Assembly: GCA_002104945.1 (NCBI GenBank)
Contig: MCFH01000003.1
Coordinates: 1,302,001-1,366,000, forward strand
DNA length: 64,000 bases
Reading direction: 5' to 3'
From: Piromyces finnis finn
Taxonomy: Eukaryota > Fungi > Neocallimastigomycota
In this document: positions 32,971 to 46,000 of the stretch, piece after piece
How positions within the stretch are numbered: position 1 is the first letter of the stretch
Layout: each line of letters begins with the position of its first letter
Made by a program: the position numbers and the translations under genes
The notes under the pieces: generated by a model
Told to the model about the DNA's origin: nothing
Database searches by the model: none
Seen by the model: the letters and a program-made list of their open reading frames with translations, nothing else

Positions 32971-35900
32971 ATGTCAGTAGCAACACAAACGATTAATCTT
33001 ACTAGTGATATACTAGATACAGCATACAAAAAGTCAGAGTTAACACATTTGAGTTTAAATAAAGCAAAACGATTTTTAGATGAAAAATATAATAATATAG
33101 CTCATGGTTTAAAAATCAATGTTTTAGGTGTGTCATTACAAAATGCAAAATCAAGAGTAGAAACTCAAACAAAAATTTGTATACAAGTAGTAACGGATAA
33201 GGGTGAAAAAGTTCAAAGATGGAGTCATTTAAAATTACCAGAAATATTTGTTAATACCCCAAAAATACGAAAATCAAAATTTAATAATCAATATAATGAT
33301 GTTGATAAGGAAAATATATTAAGTCTGGATGCTATGGTTGTTTGCGCTTCAGATTTAAGTAAATCTGCTATACATATGTGTGTAGGTTGTGTACAAAGAG
33401 AAAGAAAAAGATTATTAAAAAGAGAATCAAAAAAGAACACAGTAGATTCTGCTATCGATAAAAAAATAGACGATTTAATGAGAGAACATGAAAACGAAAG
33501 AATTATAATATTTAATTGTAATCAAATTATAGAATTTGGAGGTGGTGATTGTATATTGCCATCAAGAATTACTTGTTATTGTAGACATCATAAAGAAAAA
33601 ATTGGTTTTTGGTAAGTATTTTTTTTTAAATAATTTAAAGTTTTATTTTTTTATGTAAATTATTAAGTGAGAAAAAACAAAAATACTTTATCCCTAGTCT
33701 ATTGTTATTTACTAAATGAGAAAAATAATAAATTCAATTTCTTATTAATTATCAATAAAATGAGATGCATTGTTTTATACCAAATTTCTTATTAATTATC
33801 AATAAAATGAGATGCATTACTTTATACCAAATTTCTTATTAATTAATTATCCATTGAAATAATATTATTTTTATATCAAATCTGTTATATTAATTATTAA
33901 TTGAAAAAAAAGTTAATCAATATTAAATCTCAAATCAATTGAAAGAGAAATAGTATTATTTTAATGCCAAATTTATTATTAATTATCAATTAGAGTAATT
34001 TTAAATTTATTTAATATAAGAACAATTTAGCAAAATAAATTTGATTTACTAAAGTTATATATATTTTTTAAAAAACACTATTATCATTACTAATAATAAA
34101 ATTTATTAAATATTAATTTAAACTATTATACAACAGTATATATTTTGTATTAAGAGACTATAATGGTGCTGTAGTAGCAACAGGTCTTTCTCCACCAATT
34201 TTAATTACAGATGATCATAAATCAAATCCATTCAAAAAGAATGGAAGAAAACGTGTTAAACTTGAACAACAAAGTGTGCTTCCACCATCTCCAACTTTAA
34301 CATCTTCATCGTTAACACCCCCACAATCAATAGATAATGATGCTGCCTCACCACTATCGTCACAACAGAATGACGGATCAATATTAGTAGATTATGCAAA
34401 CAATAATTTATATAAGCAATCTATACCAATAAGTAAAACTGTTCCATCAAATACAATGAATATCACAGAGTCAGCACTGAATCCACCGTTAAATACAATT
34501 CAATATACTACAGGATTAGATCTAAGTATGACCCCTCTATCACCTATATCGTCTCCAGAAATGAATATGAATTATTCTCAGCAAGCTTCATTTACTACAC
34601 TTACTTCAACATCAGCTACAATAGCAAATCCGAATACATTTGATACCACTGTACCACCTACTTTATCGAGTTATAATATAAATAATAATATAATATCACC
34701 GAGTGCTCAGGTTTTAGATGATTTCCCTAATATAAATATAAAAGCTGAACAAAGTTTAATAAATGAAGCTCATATTAATAACTTTGCAACTAATATTCCA
34801 ATGTACAATATTCCAAATACAACAGCTCCCATGGTTAATAGTAATCAATTAGTGGTTGATCAAAATATTGTTATACCCTCAAATTCTATCCAGGAAGCCA
34901 ATCAAAAACTATTTAATAATACAGACATTAATTTAAATAGAGTTAAAATACCTAGTGAAAAGGCACCATATATCAATAGATTAATTCCAAATGAAGGTCC
35001 TTTAAGTGGAGGAATAGAAGTCACGGTATTAGGTGTCAATTTCATGCAGGGATTAGTAGTACTTTTTGGTGATACGGAAGCTCAAACACAATTCTATAGT
35101 GAGTCTACACTTATCTGTATTTTGCCTCCTGCACAACTACCAGGTCCAGTTCCGGTTTCTGTTAAATCCTATTCATTTAATATACCAATTCAAAATTTAA
35201 TGATATTCAATTATAAAAATGAAACAGATAAACAATTAATGGAATTGGCTCTTCAAGTTGTTGGTTTAAGAATGACTGGTAAAATCGATGATGCTCGTAG
35301 TATTGCAATGAAGATTGTAAGTATACAAGGAAATGGCAATGATTACAGTGGTGAAGGAGGTCGTAAAAATAATGACTATTTACCAAGTGATGACCCTATA
35401 CTAAAATCTTCCATAAGTCTGCTTCAAAAGTATATCATGGATATTAATATTCAAAATATTCCTTATAATAATGGCGTGTTAGAGGTAAATTCCATTGAAA
35501 ATGAAGTAATCCAATGTTTAGCTACAATTATGTCGCCAGACGAACCATTAGAAGAATTTGAAATTAATTTAGCCACACCTACTGGACAAACTCTTCTTCA
35601 TTTTGCTGTTATCCTTAATATGACCTCTTTAGTGAAATGGCTTATTGCCATGAACATTGATATTGATAGTACTGATATCAATGGTAATTCACCATTGCAT
35701 TTAGCTGTATTACAATCCAATCTATTAATGGTTAATATATTGATACATAATGAAGCCGATTTGTATATTGAAAACTGTAATGGTCAAACACCATTAGATA
35801 TGGCATACAACATAAATAATGAAGTAATTATCGATATAATTGAGAATGCTCAAGAGGAAATGGACAACTACTCAGAGGAAGAAGAAAATGATGATATAAT

Positions 35901-37245
35901 GGAAATCAGAGAAATGGAAGAAGCAGAATTAAGTAGTGATGAATATAGTGAAATAAGTGATATTTCATACAAAAAAGAAGATATAGAAAGTGTTCAAAAT
36001 ATAGATCATATCACTAATCGCGATATAGATTATTATGAAAGTAGTAGAAATAGGGTGAAACAAAGAAAGTCTCAACAAAGTTTAGGCTTAAATAAAGATC
36101 CATTAGAAAGTTATAATCCATCTGAAATTGATGAATCTGAAATATATGAAGCCAAACCAGTTGCTTCTGGAGTAAATGAATATGAACAAAATACCGATCA
36201 AACGGCAGAGTCAAATATTATCTTACCAGAAGTTGCAGTAAAGAAGGCATCAAATTTAAAATATAAATTACTTCAAAAAGACTTACCACAATATGCTCAA
36301 TATGCTATGTCATTCTTTGGTAACAAAGAAAAGAATACTACTAATCAATCAAAATCAGAAATGGGATGGTTCCAAAGTATACAAAAGTCAAATTTTGCTA
36401 ATTTCACTAATTTCTCCAACTTAACAAATTTCCCTAATTTTACAAATTTCAGTAGTATTACAGCATTCAACTTTTCATTTACTAATCCATTCCCAATCAT
36501 GACCCAACACTGGAATGATTTACGTAAAAAACAATTTGATGAGTGGCGTTTAAATCAAAGTTTATACACCCTTTTAAAACATGATTCTTCTGCTGTTATT
36601 GTTAATGATGAAATAATGGAAGATGAAAAAGAAAAGAAAAAAGAAAAGACAAATACAAATGATAAAAAATCAACTAAAAAAGTAGGAAAAACATTTAAGA
36701 AAACTGGAGAAATATCATCCGATGATAATAGTGAAAGAGAATTTAGTGAAGAAAATGAAGAATATTATCAATATTATGAAGATTATGACTATGATGAATA
36801 TATAGAAAATGGTATTTTCGAAAGTGATCCAAGATTAACTGAAAGAAGAAGAAGGCAGCTTGCTAGACAAAAACATTCTCGCGAAAATCGTAAACGTCTT
36901 AGACGTGATCGTACTCTTTTCTTATTCTGGATACCAACTATTTTAGGTGAGTGCATTATATAATGAATGAAAGGATTAATGAATCATTTTTAGATCTGTA
37001 TTTTTTTAAAATTATTTAAATTGTATAATTATTAATATATATATATTTTATATATTTTTTCAAACTTTTTTTTTTATATTAAAATAGTAATGGTTGCATT
37101 AGCTTTACTCCGTGTATATACATTTAGAAAATTCTTATTAGAAACTCTAAATACTTTAGTACTTACTCCATTAGGCTTAGAACCCTATGAAGTTATTTCA
37201 TTAACAGATGAAGAAGATCTAGCGGATATCGTTAATATAATATAG
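32971..37245 (+). CDS. SPT23: Spt23/Mga2-like ER-anchored transcription factor (IPT/TIG, ankyrin repeats, C-terminal TM)
   Basis: Exons 32971-33611, 34137-36946 and 37088-37245. Motifs: KSRVETQTKICI, CVGCVQRERKR, LPSRITCYCRHHKEKIGF, SPPILITDDHK, IPNEGPLSGGIEVTVLG, GQTLLHFA/GNSPLHLA/GQTPLDMA, TM LFLFWIPTILVMVAL. SPT23 versus MGA2 cannot be distinguished. Confidence 0.9.
33734..33850. repeat. 47-bp tandem minisatellite in intron 1 of the SPT23-like gene
   Basis: Unit CAAATTTCTTATTAATTATCAATAAAATGAGATGCATTRYTTTATAC at 33734 and 33781, partial at 33828; more degenerate copies near 33877 and 33968. Confidence 0.88.
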
Positions 37246-38284
37246 TCTTAATCTTTTTTTTTTCTTTTAATTTTTTTTTTATTTACCTGAACTATTTTCT
37301 TTATAATATATATACTATTAATAAATAACCCTTTAAACCCCTTAATTATACATAAAAAATACGTTGAACATATATATGTATATTTTTTTTTTAATAAATC
37401 GAGATATCAAATTAAAATAAATAAAAACTATTATAATTAAAATAATATAAATATATTTAATTATATGAGAAAAAAAATATACATAAAAATAGAGACAATA
37501 ATATATCTCTTTATAAAATTTATATATAGGTAAAAAACATTAGGAATGTTTTTATTACAATTTTGATTAAAATTAAAAAAAAGTTTATAATTTAAAAGTT
37601 AAAGAATGAATAAAACAAATTAAAAAATAAAATATAAAAAAAAAACAAATCAGTAATAATATAATAACAATAAATATAATAATAATAATAATAATAATAA
37701 TAAAACAAACAAACATGAAATAGATATACCTATATTTATAAAAAAAAACTAAAAATTTATTTCTTTTAAAAAAAAGAAACAAAAAATAAAAAACAAAAAA
37801 CATTTTTAAAGAAAAGAAAAATCAAAAAGAAGAAATAAAAATAATTGTACCTTTTTTTTTTTCATTTCCATATCTTTTTTTTTTTTTATATTCGTATTTA
37901 ACAATCTTTTTTTTAATAATTTTATAAAAATGTTCTTTTTAATAAAAAAATTTATAGAAAAATAAAAAACTTTTAAAAAAAATAAAATAAAATAGCAACA
38001 ATTAAAATTAAAAAGTAAAATGTGTGTTACTTTTAAGATATGTACAAGTAATTCATATAATCCTTTTTTTTTTTTAATGGTTTCAGTATATAGTAGAATT
38101 ATTTTAAAATTTTAACAAAGTTCAATTTATGCTATTGTAATAATGGATAGATACTATTATTTTATATATTTATAATTTCTCTTTTTTTCATTTAGAGTAA
38201 CACTATGAAAAAGATAAAGAAAATATAAAAATTATATTAATAAAATAAAATCTTTTTAAATAAGTTTTTAATCTATCAACTAAA

Positions 38285-38420
<136 letters not shown>

Positions 38421-39065
38421 TTTTTCATAATTCTAAACTTTTTTTTTTTTCTTTTTTTTCTACCAAAAACTTAAAATAATCATTTTAAATGAAATTAAAA
38501 TTTGAAAGAAATTTCAAATTTACTATTTGTAAATAAATTAAAAACTTCTCATATAACAACAAAATAATGTAAATAATGTTATTTAATAATGATTTATGTA
38601 TAATAATATTTATTTAAGTAATTTCAATTATTTATAAAATTGATTGTTTGTAGAAACAAAAATTTTTATAAATAATTATTTTATAAAGAAATATAAAAAT
38701 ATATATTTAATAAACTTATTGGTTAAAATTTTTTATTATTCTATCTATATCCACACTACCACCACATCACTTTCAATTATCATTTTTCAATATATATTTA
38801 TATTTATAATTTCAATTACAATAATTATATCCCATTAATGTTAACAGAGGAATAGAAAAAAAATTATCAAAGTTTAAAAAGAAGAAACATTTAATTTTAT
38901 AGTAATTGCAAACTTTTCTTTATTTAATAATCAACAAATATCAAATATTAATAATAATTAATAAAATTTATTAAAATCAGTATTAATAATTATATATAAA
39001 TATATAAATACCTATTAGAATTTTATTATTTTACTTTTTTTTTTTTTCAAAAAAAAATTACACAA

Positions 39066-41718
39066 ATGTCTTTTCAAAAGAGTAAGCTTACTTTTGGAAT
39101 GGGCTCATCATTCCAACGCAAAAACATTTTTGAAAATAAATTAGAAGATAAACCTAAACGTAAAAATATATTTGATGATGATGATTCAGCTCCACCACCA
39201 ATTAAAAAGAAATTTAATTTAGATGATGAAGAGGAAGATAATTTCTTAGAAAAGAAATTTGGTTCAAAAACAAATAATAATGCTGTAGGAAAACCAGTAG
39301 TAGATGAAAAAAAGGAAGATGAGGATGAATTGGATAAATTTATGGCAGGAATTGATGACCAATTGAAAAAAGAGAGTGAAGCACCAAAAAAAGAGTTTAT
39401 TGTTAGAGATGATATTGAAGAGGAAGACTATGTTGAAAGTTATGTAAATCATATGAAAAAAAAAGGTATTGATGTTGGAAAAACTCGTGAAAAAATTGAA
39501 AGAGATAAAAAAGATATCGATTCTGATGAAGAAGTTTATTCTACAGCACGTGCAATTGATGAAGGTATTGCTTATGATTCAGATGATAATATGATAGTAC
39601 AGAAAAATAAGGAAATTGAACCATTGCCATCAGTTAATCATGATGAAATAGAATATGCTAAATTTGAAAAATGTTTCTATAAGGAACATCCAGATATCGC
39701 TCAATTATCAGAAGAACAAATAAATCAAATTAGAAAAGATTTAGATATGTGGGTTTCCGGTCATGATGTTGCTAAGCCTTGTATCTCTTTTGGTCATTTT
39801 GGTTTTGATGATCGTTTAATTAATGCTATTATTAAACAAGGATTTACAGAGCCTACTGGCATTCAAAGACAAGCTATCCCAGTAGCACTTTCTGGAAGAG
39901 ATTTAATTGGTGTTGCTAAAACCGGTAGTGGTAAAACTGCATCGTAAGTTTTTTTTTTTTTTTTTTAAAAAAATAAATTATATAATTTTTAATTTTATAT
40001 ATATATAGATATACATATATTAACATTTTTTTTTTCATTTAAATTATTTAATATATATTTGTTTTGTAAATATCCATCTATTTATTTATTTTATATACTC
40101 AATACTTTTTCTTTCTATTATATATATATTAATTTTATATGTTTTAGTTTTGTTTGGCCAATGATCATACATATTTTAGATCAACCTGAATTAGAAAAAG
40201 GTGATGGACCTATTGGTCTTATTTTAGCACCAACAAGAGAATTAGCTCATCAAATTTATGTTGAAGCTAAAAAATTTGCTAAAGTTTATAATATTAAGGT
40301 AGCTGCTGTTTATGGTGGTGATTCTAAAGCAGATCAATTTAAAGAATTAAGAAATGGTCATGTTGAAATACTAGTTGCAACCCCTGGTCGTTTAATTGAC
40401 ATGATTAAAATGAAGGCAACTAATTTAAGAAAAATTACTTATTTAGTTCTTGATGAAGCCGATAGAATGCTTGATCTTGGTTTTGAACCACAAGTTCGTT
40501 CTATTTGTAATAATATTAGACCAGATAGACAAGTGCTAATGTTTAGTGCCACTTTCCCTAAAAGAATTGAAAAATTAACAAGGGATGTTTTAAATGATCC
40601 AGTTAAAATACATATTGGTAATGTTGGTGCTTCCAATTCAGATATTGAGCAACATGCCATTGTTCTTCAAGATGATACCTATAAGTGGCATTGGCTTATT
40701 GGTAATTTAGTTAAATTTACAGTAGAGGGAAGTGTATTAGTCTTTGTTGGTCGTAAAGCAGGTGTTGACGAATTAGCTCAAAATTTGCAACAAGCAGGAT
40801 TCGATTGCTTGGCTTTACACGGTGATTTAATGCAAGTTGAACGTGATCGTATTTTATATGATTTTAAACATGGTAATAAGAAAATTCTAGTTTGTACTGA
40901 TGTTGCTTCTCGTGGTCTTGATATTAAATCCGTAAAAACTGTTGTCAATTATGACGTTGCTAGAGATATTGATTCTCATGTTCATAGAATTGGTAGAACT
41001 GGTAGAGCAGGTGAAAAGGGAACAGCTTATACTCTTATTACTCAAAAAGGTTAGTATTCCCTAAAGAAATAATAGTAATAATAAATTATTTATATAAAAT
41101 GAAATAAAATTATTAATAAGAAAATTTATATGTGAAATAATTTTTTTTTCTTTATATTATATATATTCATTACAAATTTATTATTATATTATAATATATA
41201 TTGTTTATGGTTGGCCTATTTTTATCATTCATTAAATAGAGGATAGATTTGCTGTTGATTTAATCAAGAATTTAGAAGATGCTCATCAAGTTGTACCACC
41301 AGAATTAATAGAAGTTGCTAAGAAAAACCCAAGATTTAGAAAGAATAATGGAAGAAGAAATAATAGGGGAGGTTCTCGTAACAATAATAGAAGAAATGAT
41401 CGATACAATGATAGAAGAAGTGGTGGTGGTAATTATCACTACTCACGTAATAATGCTAATGAAATTCCATTAGGTGAAAATAGTCGATTCTCTGGAAGAA
41501 ATGATCATTATGACCGTCATTCCCGTCATAATTCTGAAGATCGTAACTACTTAAACCACTATAATAATAATTATAATGGTGGTTATAATAATCATAATAA
41601 TAATAATAATAATAGTAGTAGTAGTGGTGGAGGTATTGGTAATAGAGGTTATATGGCATTTAAAAAGGCTTCTACTGATATTAGTAGATCCACTTCATCT
41701 ATTGATGAAGGAAAATAA
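39066..41718 (+). CDS. DDX42: DDX42-like DEAD-box RNA helicase (3 exons)
   Basis: Exons 39066-39943, 40148-41049 and 41240-41718. Motifs AKTGSGKT, PTRELA, DEAD, SAT, HRIGRTGRAG. N-terminal DELDKFMAGI..IDSDEEVY..IEPLPSVNH is typical of DDX42; R/G/N-rich tail. Confidence 0.88.
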
Positions 41719-42199
41719 ATCTTTAGAAATCATTAAAAAAAAAAAAAAAAAATCAAAAACAAAATACATCCACACATATATAAATACTTTATATCTAACA
41801 AAATTATTATAATAATTTTAATAAAACATAATATTTTTATTTTTTCATTTTTTATTTATTCTTGTTATTATTTTATAATTTATTTTTTATTTCTTAATAA
41901 CAACTATATCTTTTTTTTTATATCTAAAATAAAAATAAAGAAATTATTATACATAATTATTAAAGAAAACTTCTTTTTATATTCTATAACATCTGAAAAT
42001 TTTATATATATTAATATAAAATAAAGTAAAAATAATAATAATAATAATAATAAAAAAAGACATACATTATAAATAAGTATTAATTTTATTATATATTTTA
42101 TTAGATTAATTTTTTATTATATATAAATACTCCATTTTTTTTTTTAAAAAAAAGATGGATTAATTATATATATTATCGATATTATTATTATTTTAATAA

Positions 42200-42255
<56 letters not shown>

Positions 42256-42810
42256 TAGAAATTGGAGATAACGTAGTTTTAAAAAGCCTAGTTTTCATTC
42301 TAAACTTTAATTTTTTAAAATGATTAGTATTGTATTACTAATTGCTTATTATTATTATTTTACTTTTTTTTTTTTTTAATATAAATTCATTATAAATAAT
42401 AAAGTTTATATAATTATATTATATATTTATAAATGCATGGTATTTATAATATTATTACTTATTATTTTATTATTATTCTATTACAATAATTATTATATGT
42501 ATGTTTTTTTTTTTTTTTTTTTTTAATATTTATATATATATATATATATTTTTTTTTTAAATTATAAAATAATATTTTTATATTTTATTTTAAATATTTT
42601 ATTTTTTTTTATTTTTATTTTATTTTTTTATGTTTTTGAAATTTTATTGAGAATGATAGAGAAGACGTTATTATAAAATAAATAATAATAAATATTTTTC
42701 TTTTTCGATTACTATGGTATTAAAACTTTTATTTATTATTATTATTTTATATTGGATATACTTTGATAAGGATAAAAGAAATTAGTATTATATATTATCT
42801 TAAAAAAAGA

Positions 42811-43033
42811 CTACCAAAAACGATTTCTTTTACTTTCACTGAGAGCTTGTAATCTTTCAATTTCTTTATTATCAAGTTGTAATAAATTTGTTATAACAGG
42901 AACCAATTTCTATTATTAAAAAAAGCAATAAAATAAAATAAAATATATATAAAAAAATATTATTAATAATGAATGGTTAATATTTATAATTGTTAGTATA
43001 CTATTCAAAAATAGAAAAGAAGGAAATAAAATG

Positions 43034-43064
<31 letters not shown>

Positions 43065-46000
43065 TATAATTATATTTAATGATATATTCATATATATATT
43101 ATTTTTGTTTTGGTAAACCTACTCCTTTTTCATTGCTTTCTAAGAAACTTAGTACTACATTCTTTAAATATTCCATATTAACAGTAGTTCTCTTTTCATC
43201 CCTATTCATTTTATCTAATTCTTCCTTGAGATCCTATATATATATATATTTTGTAATTATAAAAATAAAAATAAAAAATATATGTATTTTAGAGCTTGTG
43301 AGTTTTTTTTTTTTTTTTTTTTTTGTTATTCTTACATTTTCTTTCTTGGTTAATTTTTGAACATTCTTTTCACTTTCGTTTAATAAATCCATTAAATTAT
43401 GAACCTGCTTTTTCAATTCAGCTTCACGAGCTACAAAAGCACTATCTTTATCCACAGGGGCTGCTGCTTCATTATTATTAGTAGAAGGCGTTGAATAGGA
43501 TGATTCATTTGGATTTAATAAAGCACTTAAGGATTTCAAAGGATTAGTTTGACGATTTGATGATAATGGTGTAATCAATTGAGTAAGATTAGATTGTTCT
43601 TCTGCAAGGGTATTTAAGCTACTAGCTTGTTTATTTGTAACTGCTGGATTTGTGGAAATGGTTAAATTGACTTGTTTTTGCTTTTCTAAATCTTCTTTGA
43701 ATTTCTTTTTTAGCTTTTCAATTTCTTGTATTTTTTCATCTAACTTTATATTTACATTCTATTTTATATATTTAAAAAGTTTCCCAATTATGTTAAATAA
43801 TAAATATAATATTAAAAAAAAATTTATAAGAAAGCATATTCAATTTTTATTTAATTATGTGTATAAAATAAACTTTTAATTATCATTATATATATATATA
43901 TATATATATATATAGGTAAATGGAATAAAATATTCTTACATCATAATCAGATTTCAAAGATTCATATTCATTCAATTTTTGTTGATTAATAAGGTTTAAT
44001 TTTTCTATTTCTTTTTCAAACATTTCTTTAATACTTTTCTTTTCTGCTTCTACATTTTCCTTTTCATCTTGCATTTCTATAATGTAAAAAGTGAACGGGA
44101 TGAAGAAATTAATAATTAATTATTATTATTATTATTATTAAATATATATATATATACAAGGATTTGTTGATTTTAATATTAAAAAATTGTAAAAAATGAT
44201 ATACCTTTAGCATGCTTATTTTCATTTTCTTTTATTTGAGTTTTTAATATTGTAACTTCAGCCTTAACTTGATTGGATTCTTGCATATCTTTTTCGTAAT
44301 CAAAAACTTGATTTTGTAAGAAAGAAATCTTTTCATAGGCATTATTAAGTTCATCTTTAATGGATGAATTCTTTTTGAGTATTTCTTCATACTTAATTTT
44401 TTCATTTCTTTTTATATTATATTATTTATTATTTTATTTATTTCGTTAAATATTTATATTATGGTTATGGTAATCAATTAGATATTATTAAATATTATTA
44501 AATTTATTAAATTTATGTATTTAAAAATGTCGCATTCTAATTTGTAATACCTTTTTTCTTCTTCTAATTTTGAATTTTGTTCTTCTAATTCTTCAATTCT
44601 AATCTTGACATTATTTTCAGAGTATTGTTGGAAGATAGTATTAGCTCTGTTTTTGTATTTTTGATATTCTTCTTGAATTTCATTGTTTTCTTTTTTAGCG
44701 TTTTCTAAATCAATAGTCTATTCAGGACATATAGATATAGACAGGAAGAATTAAAGTATTAGAACTATATTTTTACTTTTGATAGAAAAAACAAATAATC
44801 AATTAAAATTAATATTTGATTTAATTACCAATTGATTTATTTTTATAGTTAAGGCTTCACGTTCACTTTGTGAGGTACTAACAATGTTATCAAAGTTATC
44901 TTTAATATCCTTGGTGGATTTCTCTAATTTATCCTTGTCTTCAGTTAAAGTGGCAATTAATTCTTTTTGTTTAACAATTTCTTCATCTTTATCCAAGTTT
45001 TGTTGACGAATTTCAATTAAACTTTTATTAGCAGCAGCTAAAAGACCCTTCATTTTTTGAACCTTTTCTTTATTTTTAGTCTTATAAACTTCAAAATCAC
45101 TATTATTATTTTCGATTTTTTGTTTTTCATTTTGTAGTGTTTTAACCTTTATGATTTTAAATATACAAATAACAATTATATTATTTTAGTTATTTTATTG
45201 TTAAAAAATTATCATTTAAATGTTACTAGGACTAAATTTGAATTGTCTTAATTACCTTTTCTTGTAATTCACTAATAACCTCAATTTGACATTTTTGGGT
45301 ATCCTATAAAAATACAATAATGATTAACATTTAAACTATTTATTATATTTTCTTTCATATATATAGTGTTAATTTTATAAATACCTTTTCAACTTGAATT
45401 TGTTCTCGGAGTTCATTAATTTTCTTTAAATCTTCATTATGCTCAGTTTCAAGTTTGTTAAGTTCATTAATCTTTTTATTCTTATCATCTAATTCATTTG
45501 TAAGTTGTGAGATAACTTGTTCGTTATCTTTAATATTAAATTGTAAGCTACTAATATTGTTTTCTTGATCCTTGGCTAATTTTATATTTTCATCATATTG
45601 TTTTTGTAATTCATCCATCTTACTTTCTAATTGTTTAGTTTTCTCTTCCATTTCTTTAATTGTAGTGGAATGCTTTTGTTCATTTATTTCTTTTTCCTTT
45701 AATTTTTCATTTAAATTTTCAACTTCTTTCATTTTATCATTATTAGCTTCATTATTTTTAATGAGATTATTAATCTTATTGTTAAGTTCTTCAATTTCTT
45801 TGATTTTACTGCTTAATTCATTGGTTTTTTCATTAATATCCTTTTGTAAAGTTTCATTTTCTTCGGTAGCTTTTTGACTTAATTCCCTTACTTTAGCAAT
45901 CTCTTTATTCAAATCTTCAATTGTGGATTCTCTTTCATTTATCTTTTCAAGAGATTTACTTTGAGTTTCTTTATTAGATAAAAGTTCTGTTTGGGTATTT

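Noticed and set aside
33734-34000. CRISPR-like array
   Set aside because: Units are directly tandem without unique spacers, lie in a eukaryotic intron, and no cas genes are present.
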